A stretch of DNA of 46,261 bases, from the NCBI GenBank assembly GCA_030039715.1, contig JASHVA010000033.1:1-46261 (forward strand), in the 5' to 3' direction. The translations under genes were made by a program, and so were the position numbers. The stretch comes from Thermoplasmata archaeon (GTDB lineage: Archaea; Thermoplasmatota; Thermoplasmata; Lutacidiplasmatales; UBA184). Numbering within the stretch: position 1 is the stretch's first letter; each line of letters begins with the position of its first letter. Of the stretch, positions 36,059-45,269 are shown one piece after another. The notes under the pieces are model-generated. The model had not been told where the DNA came from. It did not search any database and was given only the letters and a program-made list of their open reading frames with translations.

Positions 36059-37563
36059 CCGGTGGCCCCGAGGGAGACCGGGTCGCCCGCCGAGAAGTCG
36101 AGGCTGACGAGGTCGAGGTTCGTCAGGTCGACCACGGCCGCCCGGGCCGGCACCGGGGAGATGTTGCGCATCCGCTGGTACTCCGTCTCCGCCTGCCAGG
36201 TCGACGCGTTGAGGAGGAGGACGCCGCGGTATCGGTCGGCGCCGTAGGTGTGCGCGTGACCGGTCACGAGGATGTCCGGCGCGGGGTCGACGACGAGCCC
36301 GTCGCGCGGGAGCGGGGAGAGCGGCGTCCGGTCCCCGTAGATCGGAGCGAGATGGCGCATCTGCAGCATCCGCTTCATCACGTCGGTCGGGCGCGCGTAC
36401 GTCGCCCCCGGGATTGCCGGGATGAGGTCGTCGAAGCTCCGGCCGTGGTAGGCCTCGACGACGACCCCGTGGAGCGCGAACGTCGACGGGTTCGCGAGAG
36501 AGTGGACGTTCGCGGGCAGGGCGGCGCGCAGGGGCGCGGGGAGCGCCGGCTGCGGCTCGGCAGGACAGACGGCGTCGTGGTTCCCCGGGACGACGACGAT
36601 CGAGAGGCGCGACGGGAGCTCCGAAAGGCGGCGACCGAGCTCCGCGTACTGCTCCACCACGTCCGCGATCGCGAGGTCGCGCTCCTGCTGCGGGTAGACG
36701 CCGATCCCGTCGACGAGGTCGCCCGCGACGACGACGTGCTCGATCTCGGCCGCCATCTCGGCGAGCGGGCCGCGGCCCCGCAGGAAGTCGACGAGGTGGC
36801 CCCAGCTCTCGGAGAGGAACGAGCGGCTCCCCACGTGGAGGTCGGAGAGGAAAATCGCCCGCCGGCGACGGGCCGAACGCCCGACCGGCCGAGCGGTCGG
36901 GACGTCGGGCCGCTCCACCGCGAGCACGCGGGCGAGCTTTCCGGCCTCTCGCGCCGGCTGGAGCTTGAGCCCGACGACCTCGTCGGGCAGGAACGACGTC
37001 TTCGCGGCCGGAGAGTCCTGGGGCACGAGGACCTCGAGCGAGCCCGACTCGTCGTCGACCGTCAGGAGGAGGTGGTGTCGCTTCGAGGTCGTCCGCACCT
37101 CCCGGACGAGGCCGATCACCGACGCCGGACCGTCACCGGACCGCAAGGCCGCGATCGGCCGGAGGTTCCCGAGCTCGGGCCGTCCGCGCAGGAGGCGGGC
37201 GAGGCTCCGGTACCTCGACTGGAAGAGCGAGGAGTACGCCGCCAGGGCGTCCGAAGCGACCGGGGGTCCGACGAAACCCTCCTGGATCAACTCGAACGGT
37301 ATCTCAACGCGTACGTCCTCGCGTCGCGCGGCGGGCTTGAGACCCGCCAGCGCGCTCGGGTGCGGGGGCTCCCGCGCGGCGATTGCGCGCTCGACCATCT
37401 CGACCGTAACGAAGGGCGAGCCGCTCCCGGGGGTCTCCACGACCTCTCGCGAGACGAGGAGCGGATGGCTCTGGGCCAGGAGCAGCTGGAGCGCCCCAGC
37501 CTCGACGAGGCGGTGGTGCTCCTCGAAGTAGGCGACCAGATGCTCGCGCAAACTGTCGGCCAC
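36055..37563 (-). CDS. polD1: DNA polymerase D small subunit (DP1)
   Basis: OB fold plus SDLHVGS, GDLVDG, PGNHD, YHG, RHLAP and GHAH motifs. Confidence 0.94.
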   Translation of the reverse strand: MADSLREHLVAYFEEHHRLVEAGALQLLLAQSHPLLVSREVVETPGSGSPFVTVEMVERAIAAREPPHPSALAGLKPAARREDVRVEIPFELIQEGFVGPPVASDALAAYSSLFQSRYRSLARLLRGRPELGNLRPIAALRSGDGPASVIGLVREVRTTSKRHHLLLTVDDESGSLEVLVPQDSPAAKTSFLPDEVVGLKLQPAREAGKLARVLAVERPDVPTARPVGRSARRRRAIFLSDLHVGSRSFLSESWGHLVDFLRGRGPLAEMAAEIEHVVVAGDLVDGIGVYPQQERDLAIADVVEQYAELGRRLSELPSRLSIVVVPGNHDAVCPAEPQPALPAPLRAALPANVHSLANPSTFALHGVVVEAYHGRSFDDLIPAIPGATYARPTDVMKRMLQMRHLAPIYGDRTPLSPLPRDGLVVDPAPDILVTGHAHTYGADRYRGVLLLNASTWQAETEYQRMRNISPVPARAAVVDLTNLDLVSLDFSAGDPVSLGATG

Positions 37564-37671
37564 GAGGCGTTCCCCTGCGCGAGCGGACGCGACCCGGCGG
37601 TCGGCCGCGAGCGCCCGGACTCGGCGGCGGAGGCCGACCGGGTTATTTCAAGGCTTGCGCGCGCGCGGGCC

Positions 37672-38340
37672 TCAGCGGTACGATTCCTTCGCGTACGACG
37701 CGCCCTTCGGGTACTTCTCCTTGAGGTGCGCGACGAACTTCTCCGGCGTCTTTTCGAGGTGGGCGGCGTACCACTGCACGACCACGTCGCGCAGCACCTT
37801 GTGGAGCTCCTTGACGTCCGCCTCCTCTTCCGCGGCGTCGTAGAGCACGGCCTGGCTCATCATCCGCATCCAGCCGGAGTAGCGGTGGTAGCTCTCGCCG
37901 TCGCACCACTCGAAGATCGAACGGACGTGCGTCTTCCCCTCCGGGGTGCGGTAGTACCACGTACGCAGCGTGAAGCCGACCCATCCGGACGCCCGGTCCG
38001 CGAGCTCGATCGTCTTGACGGCGCCGAAGTCGAAGCTGTCGCGGAACGTCCAGGTCGTGGGGTACTCGACGAACGTCGCGAACAGCGTCTGCGACGGGTC
38101 GATCGTGAGGTGGACCCCGATCTCCTCGAACTGGTTGTGGACCTCCCAGAGGTCCTGGAGGAGGCGTTGGTTCAGCTTGGCCCGGTGCGTGACGTCCTCC
38201 CCCGTCTTCGCGCCCGCGGCCTGCTGGGTCCGAACCAGCTCGCTCTTGAGCGAGCTCACGAAGTCGTCCTCCGGTTTCGACTCCACGGCCGGGACTTCGG
38301 GGTTCGGGTCCGGCGCAGCCTTACGTGCTCGACGTGCCAT
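37672..38340 (-). CDS. Hypothetical protein (222 aa)
   Basis: Strong codon bias; TTATATC box upstream (38374-38380 on the minus strand). Confidence 0.78.
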   Translation of the reverse strand: MARRARKAAPDPNPEVPAVESKPEDDFVSSLKSELVRTQQAAGAKTGEDVTHRAKLNQRLLQDLWEVHNQFEEIGVHLTIDPSQTLFATFVEYPTTWTFRDSFDFGAVKTIELADRASGWVGFTLRTWYYRTPEGKTHVRSIFEWCDGESYHRYSGWMRMMSQAVLYDAAEEEADVKELHKVLRDVVVQWYAAHLEKTPEKFVAHLKEKYPKGASYAKESYR

Positions 38341-38472
38341 GAGAAGCGACTCCGGCGCGGTCTATCGGGGTCCGATATAAAGAGTGTATTCCTCCAGCGG
38401 CGATTTTCTCGCCGGCGGCGCGGAGGTCGTCCGAACTCCGCGGTTTCGACCGCTTGCCCCGCCACCCCGTCC

Positions 38473-38480
38473 CTTAAATA
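38473..38480 (+). promoter_or_regulatory. TATA box upstream of the dnaG leader
   Basis: CTTAAATA, about 220 nt upstream of the dnaG ATG. Confidence 0.6.
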
Positions 38481-38502
38481 CCCACCCCGGATGTTGTCGT
38501 TT

Positions 38503-38700
38503 GGAAGGACATTCCCGGAGGCGGACGGAGGCAAGCTCCGAACGTCGCCAGGAGATCCCGGACTCACGACTCATGCTCCGCCCCTTCGTCTGTCGTAGGC
38601 TCGGCGAATCGCCCGGCGTCGCTCGGCGCTGCTGACTCCTCCTCGGGGAAGGCCTCCCGCAGTGCGGGAGATTCACCTTCCGAAGGAGCAACAGAAACCC
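38503..38700 (+). ncRNA. Candidate structured cis-regulatory leader RNA of dnaG
   Basis: Several helices with G-U pairs; the last one pairs the SD-like AGGAG. Confidence 0.45.
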
Positions 38701-40035
38701 ATGACCAACGACCCCAGCGCCGCGAAATACCAAGTACGAGCCCGGATCGCCGCCGAAGGCGTCATCGACAAGCCCGACGTCGTCGGCGCGGTCTTCGGAC
38801 AGACCGAGGGCCTGCTCGGCGACGAGCTCGACCTGAGGGACCTGCAGAAGTCCGGCCGCATCGGCCGGATCGAGGTCGAGATCGACAGCCGCAAGGGAAA
38901 GAGCGAGGGCGAGATCGTCATCCCGTCGTCGCTCGACCAGGTGGAGACCGCGATCCTCGCCTCCGCGCTCGAGACCGTCGACCGCATCGGCCCGTGCCGG
39001 GCGAAGATCGAGGTCGTCAGCGTCGAAGACATCCGCATCTCGAAGCGCCAGAAGGTCGTCGACCGCGCGAAGGAGATCCTCGCCCGGCTCCAGGAGGAGT
39101 CGAAGGGCGTCGGGATCGACCTCACCGAGGCCGTCCGCAAGGGCGTCCAGGTCGACGAGATAACGACCTACGGCCCGGAGCATCTCCCCGCCGGCCCGAA
39201 CATCGACCAGGCCGACGCGCTCATCGTCGTCGAAGGCCGCTCGGACGTCCTGAACCTCCTGCGGTGCGGCATCAAGAACGTCATCGCGGTCGAGGGGACG
39301 AGCGTCCCGCAGACCGTGAAGGACCTCTCCCGCGGAAAGACGGTCACCGCGTTCACGGACGGCGACCGCGCCGGCGAACTGATCCTGCGCGAGATGCTGC
39401 AGACGATGGACCTCGATTTCGTCGCCCGCGCGCCGCGCGGGAGCGAGGTCGAGGAGCTGACGCAGAAGCAGCTCCTGAAGTGCCTCCGGAACAAGATCCC
39501 GATCAACCAGTACCTGGAGATGAGCGGGTTCGAGTCGACCGGAGCGACGCGCGAGCCGCGGGACGACCGCGGCGAGCGCAACGAGCGGCGGGACGACCGC
39601 CGCGACGACCGGAACTCCGAGCGCGGACGCCGCGACGACCGCGAGCGCGAACGCGAGCGGATGCCGCCGCCCGAGCGGCTGCCCCCGCCCCCGCCGCCTC
39701 CGGCGGCGGCCTCGCCGCTCCCGCCGGACCTCCAGCGGTACTTCGACCTCCTCGGCGGCGTCGAGAACGCCTCGCGCGCGATCTTCGTGGGCGAGGACGA
39801 CTCCGTAGTCGGCGAGGCGCCGATCAAGGAGATGTTCGACGCGATCGCGACCCTCCCCGCCCAGGCGAAGGCCGTCATCTTCGACGGCATCGTGAGCCAG
39901 CGGCTCCTCGACGTCGCCCAGGAGAAGGGGATCGGCACCGTCGTCGCGACCCGATTGGGACCGGTCGGAAAGATACCGGAATCGCTGCGGATCTACACGA
40001 AGGCCGACCTCGCCGGACCGAGCGGTCCGCGGTAG
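38701..40035 (+). CDS. dnaG: Archaeal DnaG (Toprim; exosome-associated)
   Basis: DVVGAVFGQTEGLLG, IVVEGRSDV, DGDRAG and FDGIVSQR motifs. Confidence 0.95.
   Translation: MTNDPSAAKYQVRARIAAEGVIDKPDVVGAVFGQTEGLLGDELDLRDLQKSGRIGRIEVEIDSRKGKSEGEIVIPSSLDQVETAILASALETVDRIGPCRAKIEVVSVEDIRISKRQKVVDRAKEILARLQEESKGVGIDLTEAVRKGVQVDEITTYGPEHLPAGPNIDQADALIVVEGRSDVLNLLRCGIKNVIAVEGTSVPQTVKDLSRGKTVTAFTDGDRAGELILREMLQTMDLDFVARAPRGSEVEELTQKQLLKCLRNKIPINQYLEMSGFESTGATREPRDDRGERNERRDDRRDDRNSERGRRDDRERERERMPPPERLPPPPPPPAAASPLPPDLQRYFDLLGGVENASRAIFVGEDDSVVGEAPIKEMFDAIATLPAQAKAVIFDGIVSQRLLDVAQEKGIGTVVATRLGPVGKIPESLRIYTKADLAGPSGPR
39559..39726 (+). repeat. Low-complexity RDDR-repeat and poly-Pro linker inside DnaG
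   Basis: Four GACGACCG units encoding RDDR, followed by a Pro-rich stretch. Confidence 0.7.
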
Positions 40036-40127
40036 GTCGGCGCCCCGGCACCGCACGCGGCGCCGCGGGTCCCTCCGGGGCCCGCGGCGAACCTCTTTTG
40101 ACGACTCTCCCGCTTTCGGAGAGCACC

Positions 40128-41675
40128 GTGAGCACGACGAACGGCGAGCCGCAGCGGCGCCCGCCGCTCGCGGTCAACGAGATCGAGACGACCGCCGACA
40201 TCCCCATCCCGACCGACCCGCTCGCGCGGGTCATCGGCCAGGAGAAGGCGGTCGAGATCGCCCGGATCGCCGCGTACCAGCACCGGCACCTCCTCCTCGT
40301 CGGACCGCCGGGCGTCGGGAAGTCGATGACGGCGCAGGCGCTCGCTCTCCACCTCGACCGGCCCCGGACCGAGCTGCGCGTCGTGCACAACCCCGAGAAC
40401 CCCGAGCGGCCGAGCATCGAGGTCGTTTCCCGCGAGGAGGTCTACCGCGAACGCGAGGCGGCTCGCTCGGTCGAGGGCGAGCTGATCCAACCGACCGACG
40501 CCCCGGCCTCCGTCGCCGAGCGGCTCGGCTACCGGTGCCCGCGCTGCAGCTTCTACTCCCTGCCGACCGAGCGGTTCTGCCCGAGCTGCGGCAACGTGAA
40601 GCAGGTGATCCCCGGCGGAGCCGGGAGCGGCAACCCGTTCCGGGACCTCGTGGGGGGGATCCTCGAGCTCACCGCCTCCCCCGGCGGCAACCCGCAGGAG
40701 AGCGTCCGTACGACGCGCCTGCGGAACGGCGTCGAGGAGGTCGTCGCCTACGAGCGGGCCGGCGACAAGATCAAGGTCCTCGACCAGCGGGCGCTCGAGC
40801 GACGCCGGACGCTCCAGCACGAGAGCCCGCGCAAGGTCCTCGTCAAGCTCGACCGGAACACGTTCGTGATGGCGACGGGCGCGAGCGAGACCGAGCTGCT
40901 CGGAGACGTCCGCCACGACCCGTACGGCGGGCATCCCCAGCTTGGGACGCTCCCCTACGAGCGCGTGATCGCGGGCGCGATCCACGAGGCGCACGACGGC
41001 GTGCTCTTCCTCGACGAGCTGCCGCACCTCGGCTTCCTCCAGCGGCACATCCTCACCGCGATGCAGGAGAAGCGATTCCCCATCACCGGCCGCAACCCGC
41101 AGTCCGGCGGGGCGGCCGTGCGGGTCGACAACGTCCCGTGCGACTTCATCCTCGTCGCGGCGGCCAACATCCAGGACATCCACCGGATCCTCTCGCCGCT
41201 CCGCTCGCGGATCGCGGGCAGTGGCTACGAGGTCCTGCTCGAAACGACGATGCCCGACTCGGACGCGAACCGCGTGCGGCTCGCCCAGTTCTGCGCCCAG
41301 GAGATCGCGGCGGACGGACGGATCCGTCCCGCGACGCGCGACGCCGTCCTCGAGCTGATCCAGGAGGCCCGGCGCCGGGCCGAGGCGCTCGACGGCCGCC
41401 GCAACGCCCTCACGCTCCGGCTCCGCGAGCTCGGAGGACTCATCCGGACCGCGGGGGACCTCGCCGCGGTGGCGGGCAGCACGTACCTCGAGGCGGCCCA
41501 CGTCCGCGAGGCGCTCGCGCGCGCCCGCTCGATCGAGGAGCAGATCAAGGAGGCGTACGGTTCGCTCCAGGGCGGCCTCCGCCAGGAGACGACCGAGGCG
41601 CAGCGCCAGTCGATGGGCTACTACCACTGGAACGACCACCCGGACCCGGGCCAGTTCCCGGGCGGGTACGGCTAA
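40128..41675 (+). CDS. LonB-related AAA+ ATPase with a Zn ribbon and no protease domain
   Basis: VIGQ, GPPGVGKS, LLGDVRHDP, GAIHEAH.GVLFLDE and LRLRELGGL motifs; CPRC...CPSC insert. Confidence 0.85.
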   Translation: MSTTNGEPQRRPPLAVNEIETTADIPIPTDPLARVIGQEKAVEIARIAAYQHRHLLLVGPPGVGKSMTAQALALHLDRPRTELRVVHNPENPERPSIEVVSREEVYREREAARSVEGELIQPTDAPASVAERLGYRCPRCSFYSLPTERFCPSCGNVKQVIPGGAGSGNPFRDLVGGILELTASPGGNPQESVRTTRLRNGVEEVVAYERAGDKIKVLDQRALERRRTLQHESPRKVLVKLDRNTFVMATGASETELLGDVRHDPYGGHPQLGTLPYERVIAGAIHEAHDGVLFLDELPHLGFLQRHILTAMQEKRFPITGRNPQSGGAAVRVDNVPCDFILVAAANIQDIHRILSPLRSRIAGSGYEVLLETTMPDSDANRVRLAQFCAQEIAADGRIRPATRDAVLELIQEARRRAEALDGRRNALTLRLRELGGLIRTAGDLAAVAGSTYLEAAHVREALARARSIEEQIKEAYGSLQGGLRQETTEAQRQSMGYYHWNDHPDPGQFPGGYG

Positions 41676-41784
41676 CCGGCCCGGTCCGCCCCCCGAGTCG
41701 GGAGCGATTCGGGACCGATTCCGGTGTCTTCCTCTACAACCCGCATGGACTAGGCCGCCCCTCCCGGAATCTGGAGGTGAAGCG

Positions 41785-42168
41785 ATGGCCACGAAGAGAA
41801 CCGTCGTGATCGCGGCGCTCGGAGCGGTCGTCGGCGTGCTCGTGCTCGCCCTGGCGCTCGGCTCGGCATTCGCCGCGGAGACGTCGGTCCACACCGACGC
41901 CGCGAGCGCGACCGCGGGCGACAACGCGACGTGCCCGACCCGCAACGACACCGGGAACACGACCGGCAACGCGAGCGCCCCGCCACCGCCCCCACCGCCG
42001 CCCCCGCCCCCTCCCCCGCCCCCTCGGGGCGAGAACGGGACGGGTAACTACACCGGCAACGAGACCGGCAATGCGACCGGTCCCGTCCCCGGCTGCGGCG
42101 GCGCGGGCGGGCCGCCCGGCGGATGCGGCAACATGAGCGCCGCGGCGGCGACCCGGGACGACACGTAG
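41785..42168 (+). CDS. Secreted Pro-rich, sequon-dense small protein
   Basis: Signal peptide ending AFA, a run of 15 Pro and GNxT repeats; SD GGAGGTGA upstream. Confidence 0.75.
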   Translation: MATKRTVVIAALGAVVGVLVLALALGSAFAAETSVHTDAASATAGDNATCPTRNDTGNTTGNASAPPPPPPPPPPPPPPPRGENGTGNYTGNETGNATGPVPGCGGAGGPPGGCGNMSAAAATRDDT

Positions 42169-42190
42169 CGGGCTCGGCCGAACCCCTTCG

Positions 42191-42222
42191 GGGCGCCGGG
42201 AGGCGCCCCCCTCCCGGCGCCC
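42191..42222. terminator. Perfect 13-bp hairpin between convergent genes
   Basis: GGGCGCCGGGAGG-cgcccc-CCTCCCGGCGCCC; no U-tract. Confidence 0.5.
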
Positions 42223-42224
42223 GT

Positions 42225-42686
42225 TCACTCGAGACTGAGCGTGAGGAAGACCACGAGGGCCACGGTTTCGAGCGCCGCGCCCACGGACAGGAATCCGCCG
42301 AGGTTTCCCGGGCTGAGACCGAAGAGGGCGAAGACGAACGGCGAGCTCGCGACCGTCTCGATGAGGAGCGCTCCGAGGAAGACGACCAGGCCGAGCGCGA
42401 ACTGGGCGCGGGTTTCGGTGTACGTCCGGAGATAGACCGCGAGCAACGCGACGAGGAGGGCGCAGTCGATCGCCGATAGCATCGCGAAGAGCTCGGCGAC
42501 GGCGAGGGGCGCCGGCGGGCCGTGCGGCGGAGGGCCACCGGGGCCACCCTTCACCGGCCACAGGACGATCTCCACGAGCCCGACCACGACGCCGAGCGCG
42601 AGCACGATCGGCACCCAGGGCCACGCGCCCCACGACCGCCTCGCTCCGTCGGAGTTGCCCGCGCTCGCCGCGTTCGCTTCCGTCAT
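42225..42686 (-). CDS. 4-TM membrane protein coupled to an ArsR-like regulator
   Basis: Hydrophobic helices with VYLRTY.ET; ATGA-coupled to the regulator. Confidence 0.72.
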   Translation of the reverse strand: MTEANAASAGNSDGARRSWGAWPWVPIVLALGVVVGLVEIVLWPVKGGPGGPPPHGPPAPLAVAELFAMLSAIDCALLVALLAVYLRTYTETRAQFALGLVVFLGALLIETVASSPFVFALFGLSPGNLGGFLSVGAALETVALVVFLTLSLE

Positions 42687-42973
42687 CGTTTCGCCTTCCG
42701 TTCGAGGATGTGTTCGAGGTCGGCCCAGCGGGCCTCGAGCGTCGCCGAGACCGAGTAGACCTGCCCGTAGTGCTCCCCCGTCGTCTCGACCAGGTGGTTC
42801 GCGAGGAGCACGCGCAGGTGGTGGCGCACGGTCGTGTAGTCGAGACCGAGCGTGGTCGCGAGCTGCTGGGCGTTCCGCGGCTCGCGGCGGAGCGCCCGGA
42901 GGACCGCCGCCCTCGTCGGCGCGCCCGCGCTACTGCCGAGCAGCCACCACAGGAGCCGCGTGAAGCTGTCCAC
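42683..42973 (-). CDS. ArsR-like winged-helix transcriptional regulator
   Basis: LLWWLLG...TR..VL...PRNAQQLA..LGLDYTTVRHHL.VL; GTG at 42973. Confidence 0.85.
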   Translation of the reverse strand: MDSFTRLLWWLLGSSAGAPTRAAVLRALRREPRNAQQLATTLGLDYTTVRHHLRVLLANHLVETTGEHYGQVYSVSATLEARWADLEHILERKAKR

Positions 42974-43218
42974 CGGAACCGGGGCCGGGATGGTGGCGCG
43001 CCGTACTTTACTTTGCGAGCCGGCCGCGACGGCCCCGAGCGGGGCGGACGACGTTCGACCGACGTGGGCGGGGAGCACGGGGGGACCCGACCGGTGGGAA
43101 GTCGCCGGACGCTCTTGGGAATCCTCCCAAATCTCTCCCGAATCGGCGCGCGACCCGGGGCGCCGGGGTGCGGCGGTTCCGACAGGGATAAGAGCGGGTC
43201 GTCGGTGGCCGCCCGCAC

Positions 43219-43291
43219 GGGCGCGTAGTCTAGTGGTTATGACGTCACCCTGACACGGTGAAGGTCGCCAGTTCGAATCTGGCCGCGCCCA
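43219..43291 (+). tRNA. tRNA-Val(GAC)
   Basis: GGGCGCG acceptor stem, anticodon arm TCACC-CTGACAC-GGTGA and GTTCGAATC T-arm. Confidence 0.95.
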
Positions 43292-43326
43292 CCTGACCCC
43301 GCTCGATTCCGCCCGGAGCGCTCTCG

Positions 43327-43803
43327 TCACTCGGGAGGGGGCGGCCCGCTCTGGGCCCGCTCCCGCAGTCGGTCGAGCCACATCTGATGGAAGTCGCTCA
43401 TATGACGGGGTCGGACCGCGTGGTTGAGCCGCGGGAGGACGCCGTTCTGCGACTCCTCGGTGAGGACGTGGCAGCCGTCGGCCCTCCGCTCGATCAGCCA
43501 GGCGTGGTAGACGTCGAGCCCCCCGGCCCGTCCGTTCCACGCGAGCCGCTCGGGGGGAGCGAACTCCTCGACCCGAGAGCGGAGCGAGACGCCGAACGTC
43601 TTCCAGGAGAACTCGCTGCCGGCGCGGAGCTCCGCGCCGCCGTCGGCGAGCGCCACGTGGTGGGAGTTCGGGTACCAGCTCGGCCAGAGGGGGGCGCGGA
43701 CCAGCCAGGCCCAGACGACCTCGGGCGCGGCCGGGATGTCGATCTCGTTCCGCACGTGGACGGCCGCCCGGTCCGGACGGTACCGCTCGGGCCAGTGGAT
43801 CAC
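43327..43803 (-). CDS. SRPBCC (START-like) family protein
   Basis: EIDIPAAPEVVW..L....WPSW, VEEFAPP.RLAW and HAW motifs. Confidence 0.85.
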   Translation of the reverse strand: MIHWPERYRPDRAAVHVRNEIDIPAAPEVVWAWLVRAPLWPSWYPNSHHVALADGGAELRAGSEFSWKTFGVSLRSRVEEFAPPERLAWNGRAGGLDVYHAWLIERRADGCHVLTEESQNGVLPRLNHAVRPRHMSDFHQMWLDRLRERAQSGPPPPE

Positions 43804-43877
43804 GTGCTAGGGCATGACACGCCCGGCTCATCCCCTTTACGCCGGACTCACCGGCTTGACCCGTCGCGCCGGACGGC

Positions 43878-45269
43878 CTAGCCGGACCGCTTCAGCGCCT
43901 GCACGAGCTTCGCGACGACCTGCTGCGCATCCCCGTAGAGCATCCGGCAGTTGTCCTTGTAGAAGAGGTCGTTCTCGATCCCCGCGAACCCCTTCCCCTG
44001 GCCGCGCTTGATGACGAGCACGTTCTTCGCCTGGTCGACGTCGAGGATCGGCATCCCCTGGAGCGGGCTCCCGGCGCGGCGCGCCGCCGGGTTCACGACG
44101 TCGTTCGCCCCGATCACGAGGACGACGTCCGTGTTCGCGAACTCCGGGTTGATCTCGTCGCGGTCGTAGAGCTTGTCGTAGCTGATGCCGGCCTCGGCGA
44201 GGAGGACGTTCATGTGGCCGGGCATGCGGCCCGCGACCGGGTGGATCGCGAACTTCACGCTCACGCCCTTCGCCTCGAGGAGGTCGGAGAGCTCCCTCAC
44301 CTTCCCCTGCGCCTGGGCGACCGCCATCCCGTACCCGGGCGCGATCACGACCTGATTCGCGTACGCCATCAGGACCGCGGCGTCCTCGACCTCGATCGGC
44401 TTCATCGTGCCCTGGACCGTGACGCCCGTCTCCTCGGTCGCGCCGAACGCACCGAAGACGACGTTCGAGATCGACCGGTTCATCGCCCGCGCCATGAGCA
44501 CGGTCAGGAGCGAGCCGGCCGCGCCGACGAGCACGCCCGCGATCACCATCGCGTAGCCCGCGTCGCCAAGCGGGCCGTTGACGAGCGCGAAGCCGTCGAG
44601 CGCGACCGCGATCCCCGTGAGGGCGTTGAACATGCTGATCACGACCGGCATGTCGGCGCCGCCGATCGGGAGCGTCAGCAGGATCCCGTAGAGGAGGAGC
44701 AGGAGGAAGAACGGCAGGAGGAAGATCGTCTCGACGCGCACGACGGAGTAGACGCCGAAGGCGACGCCGACGACCAGGATCGCGAGGTTCACCGGCTGGC
44801 GGGCCGGGAGCACGATCGGCTTCTGGCGCATCCAGCCCTGGAGCTTCAGGAACGCGATGACGCTCCCCGCGATCGAGATCGACCCGATCACCGCCCCCGC
44901 GACGCTGAGGCCGGCGTCGGCGGGGTTATTCAGCGACGAGAGCAGGACGACGCCCGCGATCGCGGCCGCCGCGCCGCCGCCCATCCCGTTGAAGACGGCG
45001 ACCATCTGGGGCATCGCCGTCATCTGGACGACCCGGGCCCAGTAGTAGCCGATCCCGCCGCCGACGATGACGCCGACGGCGATCAGGAGGAAGTTCGAGA
45101 GGCCGGGGCTGAAGAACGTCGCGACGACCGCGGCGAGCATCGCCGCGCCGGCGTAGACGATCCCGCGCCGGGCCGTCTCGGGCGAGCTCATCGCCTTGAG
45201 GCCGAGGATGAAGGCGAGGACCGCGACGACGTAGACCGCGTCGATGACGGTGCCGACCCACGCGGTCAC
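43878..45269 (-). CDS. pntB: NAD(P) transhydrogenase subunit beta
   Basis: MPQMVA.FN, IGGADMPVVIS, PGYGMA, HPVAGRMPGHMNVLLAEA and GANDVVNP motifs. Confidence 0.96.
   Translation of the reverse strand: MTAWVGTVIDAVYVVAVLAFILGLKAMSSPETARRGIVYAGAAMLAAVVATFFSPGLSNFLLIAVGVIVGGGIGYYWARVVQMTAMPQMVAVFNGMGGGAAAAIAGVVLLSSLNNPADAGLSVAGAVIGSISIAGSVIAFLKLQGWMRQKPIVLPARQPVNLAILVVGVAFGVYSVVRVETIFLLPFFLLLLLYGILLTLPIGGADMPVVISMFNALTGIAVALDGFALVNGPLGDAGYAMVIAGVLVGAAGSLLTVLMARAMNRSISNVVFGAFGATEETGVTVQGTMKPIEVEDAAVLMAYANQVVIAPGYGMAVAQAQGKVRELSDLLEAKGVSVKFAIHPVAGRMPGHMNVLLAEAGISYDKLYDRDEINPEFANTDVVLVIGANDVVNPAARRAGSPLQGMPILDVDQAKNVLVIKRGQGKGFAGIENDLFYKDNCRMLYGDAQQVVAKLVQALKRSG

Noticed and set aside
38500..38700. 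RNase P or SRP RNA (GAGGCAAGCTCC and AACAGAA resemble RNase P conserved regions)
   Set aside because: No 3' GGCTTA-type P4 partner and no SRP helix-8 motif; too short. Kept only as an unknown leader.
39559..39660. CRISPR-like or tandem DNA repeat (also the TTCGGC run near 11300-11345)
   Set aside because: In-frame low-complexity coding repeats without spacers or cas genes.
38994..40127. 893-aa ORF suggesting a long N-terminal extension of the Lon-like ATPase
   Set aside because: The extension is an off-frame read of dnaG.
43219..43860. Integrated element at tRNA-Val or tRNA-Pro
   Set aside because: No integrase, no duplicated tRNA 3' end and no clear compositional shift seen.
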